Shown here: one piece after another, positions 35,726 through 46,170 of the stretch
Layout: each line of letters opens with the position of its first letter
Position numbering within the stretch: position 1 is the first letter of the stretch
Assembly (NCBI GenBank): GCA_012026655.1
Contig: JAAILG010001364.1
Span: 1 to 64,000, forward strand
Direction: 5' to 3'
Length of the DNA stretch: 64,000 bases
Source: Hydrolagus affinis
Taxonomy: Eukaryota
Made by a program: the position numbers and the translations under genes
Notes under the pieces: generated by a model
Databases searched by the model: none
The model's input: only the letters and a program-made list of their open reading frames with translations
Told to the model about the DNA's origin: nothing

Positions 35726-37664
35726 AGACCATTCTGCTCTTAGTATCTATGTTTGTGTTTCTAACACCCCCTTATGAAAAATCTTATGCAATATCACTCT
35801 CTTGTTTAGAAAGAAAAAGTTTATTTTTTAATCATACAATTTCTACCAGTTATATGGTTATTAGCAATTGTCCATCGCCTGTTTGTAGTGTATTCACGTG
35901 TAGCTGCAGACTTACCACTTATCTATATATTTTACAAGTATTTTTGCTTATTTAACATTCACTGTCTTAGAACCTTTTTATTTATCATATATTATATATT
36001 TCCTTATCATAGTTATGAAAAGGCTATCAGCAAAAGTAGCTTAAAGGTTATTGTCTCTCTTACTGACTGAAAGGGGGTAATGGAAAACCATAGCGAGAGA
36101 CTGAAGAGAGCCTTAAGGCACACAAATCACCACAGGAGGCTGGCAGGATAGATGGATGTACTTGAATAAATCAGCAACTAGCCTAAGGCTGCCCAAATAC
36201 CAAAGGAGGATGCACCTGGCAGGCTGGAAAGTGAAACAGTATAGAGATGGGATGTATTTTTAAAAAGGTCAAACACGTTCACCGAAATGTGAAAGCCAAC
36301 TCCTGGGTAAGGAAGCATATTATTTTGGATAATGGAGAGGGCAAGTCTTTGTGTTGCCAAGTCGACGTGTTGGCTTGACCGATTTCAAAGAGTGGTTAGA
36401 AATGTGTAATTACTGATCATAATTTATCTAAAGATTGAAAAAAATGTGCAGGCAAAGTAATATATTAAGAGAGAGAATTCATACACATCTTCATAAACAG
36501 GGTTATAAATTTCAAAGTGTTTTGGTTGTATGCTTGCCAATTTCTCTTCAACAGATGCTGGTGTCCAAGTCACAACTTCATTGTTTGTGCCAGGCACATG
36601 GGAACAGACACGTTTGCAGTGCAGTTTTCTATATCAATCCAAAAGCAATGCACAGAAAACTAATTGCAGCATTTCACACACACACTTTCTTCCTGTGCAG
36701 CCATCTCCCAGAGTGTAGCAGCTGTTCTCTGAATTTTGAATGTAAAAATTTGAGTGTAGAGTTAATGATCACGTTATGATCTGGGACAACATATAGGAAA
36801 GCACCGGCTTGTGTACTGACACCTCAACACAATGTCCCTGGGTCTTTCTGTACTGTCAACTGCCAGCAAGCCAAATTTCAGAAGAAATCTGTCCTATTAT
36901 AGCTGCTTCCAACTGTTATACCATAGCAGTATCCAAGGGAATCTATTTGGCTAATTTGTGAATATTGTGTAGATATTGATTACTTTTATTCAAGCACTGG
37001 TATTTGTGGAATGCGGCCATGCTTTGTTACTGTTCAGTTAATGCCACACATTCTCTTTAAATAATGCGTTTTAAAGGTCAAAGCTGTGAAGTTTATGTTG
37101 TCTTTGTTAGCGTTTGATGCCTTTGAACCTGAATGCCACATTGCAAGCCTTTTTCACAAAACTCACAGTAGTAGTAGATATCATTGTATCATTGTAGATA
37201 TCATATTCTTACCCCCAATATGCAGGACTTTGTACAATGGTAGGACACTGTAATGGTAAAAGTTACTTAATTAAAACCCTTGGTACTGGAAATAGAAGTG
37301 TTTAACTAAGGAGAATTAATCAGGTAAAATGCAACATCTGTACTCACAAACATATTGGGCTCCCTCATGACTTTCTGAAGATTAATGCCTTTCCTTATAT
37401 TTAGGCTGCATGGAGGTAATAAATAGGGAAGCAACTATGCAGCTAGCTATGAATCAGTAGTAAGCCTGTTCAGTAAATGATAGCTATCTCGGACAACCAC
37501 CCTACTATCACTAAGATTTTATTGATCCTAGTAAATATTTCTGTCTTTCTAGTAAATTTGAGTTGCCGTCCAGCCTTTGAAAAGTATAAATCAAACGTGG
37601 AAATAGTAAGAAAGCTAACTCACTCCTACAGTTAAAATAACTCTTGTTTTGCTATTTATGCGGT

Positions 37665-37855
37665 AGTGGCAATTCTCAAAATGTAGCAAATATAAAAGAG
37701 TAGAAATTCCATCTGGATCTAGATTACTCTATGAACATAGCGTTTCAGAGCATACAGAATTTGCCAAATTGTTAGTCTTTAATTTGAAGCCAATATTCAT
37801 GCAAGTTCTTTTAAGAACTACAGAAAATGAGTTCAAAGTAAAGATTGAATTCAGC
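37665..37855. repeat. Fold-back repeat family copy A (left arm plus centre)
   Basis: ttccatctggatctagattac...tttcagagcatacagaatttgccaaattgtt...agttcttttaagaact. Confidence 0.75.
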
Positions 37856-37894
37856 TCCGTTTTTTTGTGAGATTATCAGCAATAAGCAATAGGT

Positions 37895-38545
37895 CAACAA
37901 GCAATAAGTCAAGCAAGATGTTGGGCTACATTGCTAAACCAGTTGAGCTCAAATTGCTAGAAGTCATATTCAAGCTGTATAGTGTTTGGTTAGCCTGCAC
38001 TTAATAATAACAATAATAATAATCCTTGCATTTGATATAGCGCTTTTCACATCTTCTAGACGTCTCAAAGTGCTTCACAGAATATAAGGAAAGTGAATTG
38101 ACTATATATTTGTGGGTGTAACATGGCAACCAATTGCGCACAGTAGTGTCCCACAAACAGTTGTGCATTGAGTGACTAAGTCATTATTTCATTTTTTTTT
38201 GAGGGATTATTGTCAGACATGTAGAGTAAGGAAATTTGCCCAAGGTTTCACCCTCCCTGGAATCGAACCCAGGTTGCGAGGCGAGTGCTCTAACTGCTGA
38301 GTTGCAGGACTCCACAAAACTTAAGAGTTCTGCATGCATTTCTGATCAAAGCGCTTTCTTGAGGCAGTGCAAAGAACAGTATTGAAGCTCATGAGCCATT
38401 ATTAGATGATTTAGGGTTCTTCAGTCTCAAAAAGAGGTGTTCTCAGAGGGACCTTGTAAGAGATACAAGATTTTCAATTCGGTTATGATAGTAAAGCTAG
38501 AATACTTTGGAAGGACCGAGAGAGTAGAAAATACAAGGACACAGA
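37895..38545 (+). mobile_element. CR1 ORF2 fragment split by a SINE
   Basis: KSSKMLGYIAK..E.K..EVIFKLY on the left; gaggcagtgcaaaga and ttcttcagtctcaaaaagagg on the right. Confidence 0.75.
38002..38315 (-). mobile_element. Young SINE, full length
   Basis: (taa)n tail through caggactccac head. Confidence 0.95.
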
Positions 38546-39005
38546 CCCACTCTGTGTCTCCCTACCACAATTGCCAATATATTATTCCTATTCTGTTTTA
38601 CAAGTGCTCACTGGCAATTTACACTACAACAATAAAACAACAACTTGGATTTGTATGGAGGTCTCCATGCCAGGCGGCATCATACTGCGGTGTTCAGGAA
38701 GATAGAAAGAGTGGATTCCTCTCCATGATACAAAAGCTATGGTCATTTCACTCACAGAATCCAACGATCAAATATTGTTTGCACAAATAAAACGCAAAAT
38801 ACTGCAGATGCTGGCAGTCATTTACGTGGTGCCCTTGTATGCAGATTAGTCATCAAATCTTATGTTCCTCATCTTTACCCTTGTCGTCTATTCAAATGAA
38901 GTACTGTCACAGTTATCCTTTTCTTGCCATCTGTAGTAATGTGTAAATAATATGAATCTTTAACTATATAATATTATTTAAGGGAAATGGGGAGCCCTGT
39001 TTATA

Positions 39006-39238
39006 TTAGAATACATTAGAATATACAGCACAGAAACAGGCCATTCGGTCCAACTGGGCTATGCTGGCGTTTATGCTCCAAATGAGCCTCCTCCTGCCCC
39101 TGCTCAACTAAGCCTACAAGCAAAACCTTCTATTCCTTTCTCCCTGATGTACCTATCTAGCTTCTCATTAAACACATCTATGCTATTTGCCTCAATAACT
39201 CCTTGTGGTAGCAAGTTCCACATTCCCACTACTCTCTA
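39006..39238 (-). mobile_element. CR1 (HER1-like) 3' end
   Basis: ttagaatacattagaata terminal repeat, acagcacagaaacaggccattcgg, gttccacattcccactactctct. Confidence 0.85.
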
Positions 39239-39247
39239 ACTGGGCTC

Positions 39248-39929
39248 TGTTGCAGAAGCTGCATCAAGCAGATTTAGCCAGCAGAATACACGCCTTACAA
39301 CAATGTATAGATCCAGGGCTGTTTGATTGGCAGTCAGGTTGTCAGTTAGCCTGCAGAGTCGGAACCACACACCTATATAAAACAATGTTCGGTGCTCCTC
39401 ATGATCGCTAGCTAATGGTCATCCAGTGCGTACTGACGTATACAGGACTGCTGTACTGTCGGGTTGGTTTAAATCTGTTTTATTAATGCAGTAACGTGCT
39501 GCCAGTTGTTATAATTATGTGCGATGGTTATGTTTGACCCCATCGTTGTTTATCTTCCATTGTTGTGTTCCGTATAAGCAAGGTAGCCTAGGGTTGCTAG
39601 GTTTTTAATAAAGAGTGGTTGTTTCTATCGAATATATCCTCGAATCTCTCTAGTATTCTAAACAAGAAAAGGAGTAAGCAGTTTGGTGAGTAGTTTTCTA
39701 ATCGGAGATCTACTGGTGTGAGCAGACTCTGATTAGACATTCCAGTTACCGGGCATTAAGAGTTAACTGGGAATACTGGATTGTGTGTGACTCCCGACTT
39801 GTTGGGTCACCTTTGAAATAGGAAGTTATACTGACAGGGTTAGGAGAGCAGCAGAGACCATGTTAATAAAAACATTAATAAAATTTGCACGTATTACCAA
39901 GGAGTGATAAGCGTCGCAATACCATAACA
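39248..39929 (+). mobile_element. Candidate solo LTR
   Basis: TGTT...AACA ends, ATTGG at 39326, TATATAA at 39374, AATAAA at 39607, elevated CpG; no TSD seen. Confidence 0.45.
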
Positions 39930-41194
39930 CAAATTATCAATTTTCTATTGAAACAATTTTTCTGGAGCTGAAGCTTCTGAAGCAAGTTGCTCAGCAGTTA
40001 TTTAATTATTTGGAGCTGTAATTAAATTAAGAAATGTAATTTAGGGAATTTGGGTTTTCTTTATTATACTTGATGGAACAAAAGATGCCTTCTCAAGCAG
40101 AGCTCCCAAGGGTTTTATTCCCTTGCACTACCATAGAATATTCCTAATTAACTATCTTTCCATTTTTACCTGAAATTGATGTCTTTTACCATTACTGTTG
40201 TCTGAAATTACAGAAGCTCCATGTTGTATTCCTCTGCAAATGGTGAGTTTAGCAACCTGATGAAATATTCATCTGCTTTTAGAATGTGGGAGACAAGTTT
40301 TCTGGATCTCACATAGAGATATTTATGCCAATAAACATGGAAAAGTAATTTATCCTGGTCCATTTTTTATTGAATCTGAATATCTATTTTTCAGAATTCC
40401 TCTTAGAGTATTAAATAATACCACCACAGATTTGATGAGTTTAATCCTCCAGTCTAATGAATATATAGTTTATTTAATTTTACTGTGACCTTTCTGCAAG
40501 ATAAGGAGGTTGGCATAACTCATCATTTGCATGATGAATGACCATTTTAAGGAGAACCACTGACAGTGCAGAGATGATTTAAGGCACAATCTCCCTCTTT
40601 ACCACTTGTGTTCTATTATATAGAATGTCAAGGCTGGAGTAGACGAGACTTGTAATTTATCTATATTCTACCAAAATAAAACGATTCTACTTATTTGGGG
40701 ATAGTTTCAGTGCTGTTTTAATAAAAAACAAAATTCCAGTATAATTTAGACCACATTCGGATCATCTGAAGAAATACAGTAATTTACATATCCTCCAGAC
40801 TGAAAAACATATGACAGAAATATGGCTTCAGACCTTTTCAACATTATAGAATATTCAAGGAGCAATCTGTACAGTATTCATAAATACAGGCTGAGGAGAT
40901 TGCAGGCCATTAATCACAGCAATAATATTGTCCATGTTAATTGACAGACTAAATACAGTATTCTTTGTACTGTTGAAATTCTGTGCTTACTAGTTGAAGG
41001 GTTAAATAGAGAGCAGCTGGGATAGCAGACAACTGTGTCTCATTCCTCTTTATAATTTAAACGGATGAGAAATTATATGTCCTGATGTCACCACCGCTCA
41101 TGGTGTTATCTAAACACATTAAAAACAGCTAATGACATTTTACTGAAGCCTGGAACTGGATCATGAACCTAAAAGAAGTCAACTCTTCAATATA

Positions 41195-41600
41195 ATTTTG
41201 ACACCAAGATGTACTTTATTTACATAGCATTACACAACATCCAGAATTTGGCAAACCATTGAATTCAGTCTCAACTTTGAAGCCAGTCTTCCGCAGTTCT
41301 TAAGAGTACAGAAAAGTTGTACTTAAAAAATTGCCAAATTCTGGATGCTCTGAAATAATTATAATCCTTGCATTGATAGAACACCTTTCATGTCAGGATG
41401 ACATCTCAAAGTGCTTCACAGGATTTACTGCAAAATGTTGTGATTATTCTGTAGGCAAATGTTGCAGCCAATTCACACACAGCAATGTCTCACAAACAGC
41501 TGTGAAGTGAATGCTACTTAGGTAAAGTAAATCTAGACCTAGGTGGAAGGTTTCTCACCATCCAATAACACCACGCTTGAAAGTTGAGAATTACTCCAAA
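41195..41600. repeat. Fold-back repeat family copy C, interrupted by a SINE tail
   Basis: Perfect 17-bp inverted repeat catccagaatttggcaa (41238-41254) / ttgccaaattctggatg (41331-41347); right arm resumes near 41520 (taaatctagacctaggtggaa). Confidence 0.8.
41356..41518 (-). mobile_element. SINE 3' half
   Basis: taatccttgcattgata...tctcaaagtgcttcaca...gcagccaattcacacacagcaatgtc. Confidence 0.8.
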
Positions 41601-42097
41601 CGCTTCACATAAACAATCCCATTGATTTATCCTTCTAAAGATCCCTCTTGTAAATGAAGCTATATAAATGCAAGTTATCCATAAAGTGCTAACAATGATG
41701 TTTAATGTTTACTTTGCATAATTGGAAGGGTTTTGCTCCAATTTCTCTTTGTGGAGTCTAACAGTTAATATTTAGATATAATTTTGTAACATATTCCAGA
41801 GGCAGATGGATCTGTAGTTTTGCAAAACAATTATTTACCATTGTTAAACAGAATTCCCACAGAAGTAACCCTCGGGAAATGTAACTGTTTTGCACTGTAG
41901 GACTTTATTGTTTAACAACAAAGCTAGTTTAGCTTCTGTAGTGTTTAACCATATTCTTCCATTAACAATTAATCTTGTCTACTTTGTCATCTGTGTGGAA
42001 AGTAACAATCAGTGTAAATATCTAAAAGAAGGAAATAAAAGGACAACTGTAGTTACTACAGACTTGTACCCTAGCTTCAATTTTTTGAGCTCAGATA

Positions 42098-42815
42098 AAC
42101 AACAGGAAAATTACATTTATAGTACCTTTCACATCAGGAGGACATTCTAAACCGCTGGACAATCACTGAGCTGGGGGTCGTCATCAGAGAGGGTGCAGGG
42201 TTCTGGGGGAAGGAGGGTGACCAAAAGCACAGTCGAAGAGGAGGGTCCGGAGATGGGTCTGGAAGGAGGCAAAGGAGGGGGCAAAGCAGAGGGACTGCTG
42301 AATGGAGTTTCAGAGGGTAAGGGCACAGTGGGAGAAGGCATACCCGCCAATGCTGGGAAAAGTGAAGCGGGGAACATGAAGCTGACCAGGCCATCTGAGT
42401 GGAGGGAGCAGGCAGATTGAAAGGTGATTAGAAGGTTGCAGCTGTAGGGCAATGCCATGGAGGGCTTTGAAGGTGAGGACGAGCTTCTTGAACTGTATCT
42501 TCTGTGTAATGGGAAGCCAATGGAGTTGGGCGAGGATCGGATGATAGGGTTGTAGAGCCTGGTATGGAGGGGGACATGGGCTGCAGAGTTCTGGATGATC
42601 TGCAGCCCATAGAGGGAGGAGTTGGAGAAGACGACAACCAGGGAGTTTACGTTGTCAAGCCTTGATATTATGACTGTGTATGTGAGGGTCTCGACGGCCT
42701 GTGGTGAGAAACAGTGGCGGAGCTGGGCAATGTCGCGGGGTGGGGAAAGACAGAGCAGGATATGGCACAGATATAGGGTAAAAGGATAGTTGAGGGTCAA
42801 ACAAGATGCCAAGAT
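42098..42815 (-). mobile_element. L2 3' fragment (~0.7 kb) with degenerate ORF2
   Basis: NLGILFDPQLSF, then ETLTYTVIISRLDNVNSL..LQIIQNSAAHV, then tail. Confidence 0.92.
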
Positions 42816-42948
42816 TCTAGATTGGCTTAGTATGGTGGAGTGTGCATCCTTGGATGGTGAATGAATCGTTGAAATACTTCAGTCCCAGCGTTCAAATTAT
42901 CCGGAATAAGAAACCTGTCCGATTCCCTCCCTCCTTAAGTTGAGGCCA

Positions 42949-43048
42949 NNNNNNNNNNNNNNNNNNNNNNNNNNNNNNNNNNNNNNNNNNNNNNNNNNNN
43001 NNNNNNNNNNNNNNNNNNNNNNNNNNNNNNNNNNNNNNNNNNNNNNNN
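42949..43048. other. Assembly gap (100 N)
   Basis: Run of N. Confidence 1.
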
Positions 43049-43218
43049 GCGGCAGCCAATTGCGCACAGCAGTGTCCCACACACAGTCGTGGATTGAAAT
43101 GACCAATTTTATTATTGTGGTTTTTTTTGGAGGGATTATTATTAGGCATGTGGAGTAAGGAAACTTGCCCAAGGTTTCGCCCTGACCTGCCTGGATTCGA
43201 ACACAGGTCTCCCCAGCT
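43049..43218 (-). mobile_element. Young SINE, tail lost in the gap
   Basis: Near-consensus body with B box ggattcgaac. Confidence 0.93.
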
Positions 43219-44238
43219 TTGGTCTCACCATCACTACAGCACCAGCTGAGACCAGTTAACTTAAATAAAATATTGAATCTGGGCCTTAGTTACTTTTGTC
43301 TCATCTATGCACTAAATACCCTTTGAGGCATTGGGAGAAAACTTACTCCATTTTTTTTTCTTCATCGATCGCCTAATGTCCAAGGCAATAATATTCTCTT
43401 TGACGATGCCACGAGTTTCTACAAGGCTGTTAACTCCCATTTGAATGATATTGAAGGCCAAGTCACTGGAGACAGATAAGTGAGAAAATGATATGTTATC
43501 AGTGCTGATGTGTCCAAGTCAATAACTATCCAAGAAAACAGTGTCCACCCATCTGTCCTCTATATGGACTATAAATGGTATTTGTAACTTGTTTTCTTAG
43601 CTTGGCAGCTTAAATCTAGAACAAACCAATGAGGATAGATCTTAGAGATAAATGAATGGGTCCACTCAAGGAATCCCTGCTTTGTTTGTCATCAGCCGCA
43701 ACTACAGTGTTCTCCAAAACCAGAACAGGCCAACAATGAAATATTGCAGCCCTATATGGGCTGAGTGCAAGTAAATAAGTACACCTGTTGCACTGAACTC
43801 GGTACAGATCAAAGACATGCACAACTGGGTGCTCCAGTTTGCCTACAAAAACACAGTCACTGCAAGTTATAGTAAATTCTGTGCAGCACTTTGAGATGTC
43901 CTTCCAACATAAAAGTTGCCAATCCAAATGCAAAATTTGTATGATTTATTATGAAGCAAGCCTTGCTGAGGGCTATTGAAGTTTACATAGCCGATGGAAA
44001 TCTAAAGTTTGCCCATTGGTATTCCTGTATGATTTTATCCCGTCCATTTGTGTTCCTATTCATGTTTATTGGATAGATATCTTCAAAGTTCCTCGGTCCT
44101 TCTTTAGCAACTGTAGCCATATTGAATTTTCTGAACAATTTCCTACATATGTTTGAAGCACTACCCATTGGAATGTCTTATTGTTTGATATTTTAGGTTT
44201 CAGAAGCATCTTTAATACATTCATAATCTGCAGTCATG

Positions 44239-44275
44239 TGTCTGTCTGTCTGCCTGCCTGCCTGCCTGCCTGCCT
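44239..44275. repeat. Compound microsatellite (TGTC)3(TGCC)6
   Basis: Direct reading. Confidence 0.95.
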
Positions 44276-44669
44276 TTCTAGTCTCAGTTATTATTGAAGC
44301 TGCTTCTATCTTTCTCCATTGATAGAATATTCTTAAAATTCTCTTCACAATTTCACTTCAATTGTCAGCATTTTTAACGCTTACCTTTTATTTCATAATG
44401 GATTCCGAGTCATTATTTCATTTAAATGGAATTTTAATATAATACTCGTAATATAATGGTTAATCATTTAAAATTTTTTCTAATTTTCCATGAGCACATG
44501 CATATTTGTTCACACCCACCAGGAAAATTAAATCATCTTTCTCATTAAAACATTTGTTTCTTAAAGTAATTAGGGTTAGCTCTCTGTGCATCTAGTTAAT
44601 AAGGACATCCTCTTTAATTCCCATCTTGTAATAGAGGTCTGGTTTACATTTCCGCTACTGGAACCAGAG

Positions 44670-45240
44670 AACCGTAAACATTTAGGGTACAGAAGAAGGC
44701 CACGCAGCCCTGTGCAAGCTTCTTTAAGAGCAATCCTTCCAGTCCCATTTTCCTCCAATTTCTCCCTTACCTCTGTAGCAGACTCCTCTTAATGATAGTA
44801 AAAATAATAATACTTGCATTTGATATAGTGCCTTATCACATTGTCACAACTTCGCATAAAGGTAATTATCTAGTTGCATTTTTAAAGCGAATAATGGATT
44901 GTTCCCCAACCACCACTCCTGGCAAGGCATTGCTTACCTAATTACTGTGTGTGGAACCAAAAATCTCCTAACCGCCCCATTTTCTCATTTAATCCCATCT
45001 TAAATTGATGCCTTAATGCAGGGTGGTCCAACTGGTGGCTGCCCCCACCCCATTTCATCTGGCCCACCCGCTCTCTCCATAACCCGTAGATGATATGTTA
45101 CGTTTCTGGAAGGGAAACACAAAAATATCACTATGCAGCCCATTGACATTTCTCAAATAGGGCATCTGACCCTTAGCAGCCAAAGGGTTGGATCACCTAT
45201 GGCTACAGTGACCAGCAATGGCAAGTAACAAACCAACCAG
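44670..45240 (-). mobile_element. Old CR1 3' fragment carrying a nested SINE tail and MITE
   Basis: acagaagaaggccacgcagccc 3'UTR motif; accactcctggcaaggcatt is the reverse of the WN.LP region. Confidence 0.6.
45019..45201. mobile_element. hAT (Charlie/MER58-like) MITE
   Basis: Imperfect TIRs cagggtggtccaac and gttggatcacctatg; internal tggccc/cagccc motifs; 8-bp TSD not preserved. Confidence 0.55.
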
Positions 45241-45739
45241 AGGATTGTGCTAAGAGATGCTAGACATGCCTTCAGAGCTCCATGGGGGGTGGATTATACA
45301 ACAAGTTGTCATGGAGAAGGGTCAAGCTCACTGAACTTCACAAGGAGCATGTGACATGTCACATCCTCCAATTGATTATTATAATAGTTTCCCTGAAAAA
45401 TCTGTTCTATCGCTTAGTCTGCACATGAACATTTCCATTGGTGCCATTTCTTCCTTTCAATAACAAGTTTGAAAAACCTCTTGTAACCTTGCATCTTAAT
45501 TTGAAACAGTTGAAAGATAAACATTGAAATCCAATTCGCAGCACATCTGCAAGCCACAAATTGACTTGTGACATTGCATCTGATTTGAAAATCACCACCG
45601 AAGTGTTTACTTATGGTTTTGCTCCTGCAGACTAACCCCATTTCCAACTATATTATTTGCTTACCCTGTAAATTGGAAACAGGAGACACTGGTATGGACA
45701 GTGATGGACACCGTAAATGACCCGAGTAATGTTTATGAA

Positions 45740-45990
45740 CTCCCTTCATGGCTCAGTCAGTAAAGCTCTTGCATAATATCAAATAGGATCATAGAGACCC
45801 AAAACAATGCTAAGTTTGATTTATGATGTATGCTTAGTTATATGATCACATCTGGAGAATCAGTAAGGTCTCTACATTTGGCTCAGTATCCCTGAGCTAA
45901 GGCAAAGATAACAGCTAGGGATTCCATTCTTGTAATTGGAAAGTGGAAATGTAGATGTCAAGTGAGAATAGGTGTTGGCTGCAATGCATA
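45740..45990 (+). mobile_element. Ancient SINE-like family, head and core
   Basis: tggctcagtcagtaaag A-box-like start; tgcttagttatatgatcacatctgg...ctacatttggctcagtatccctgagctaagg...cagctaggg. Confidence 0.55.
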
Positions 45991-46024
45991 CTCTTTTCCA
46001 TCACAGTGGAAGAGAAGTGGGAAC

Positions 46025-46170
46025 TCTTTGGAAAGAGAAGGGAGTCTCTCCTGGTGTCCTGGCCATCAATTCCCAAGAGGACAAATTGGCAGCTGAGTCA
46101 TTACTCCTCACAGTAAAAATCCTGCGAGTGTCTTGAGATGTTTTGATGATGTGATTAGGTGCTATAATAT
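46025..46170 (+). mobile_element. Deu-domain SINE fragment
   Basis: aaagagaagggagtctctcctggtgtcctggcca followed by tail. Confidence 0.7.

Noticed and set aside
42147-42812. 221-aa ORF as a host gene
   Set aside because: Frameshifted L2 ORF2 remnant
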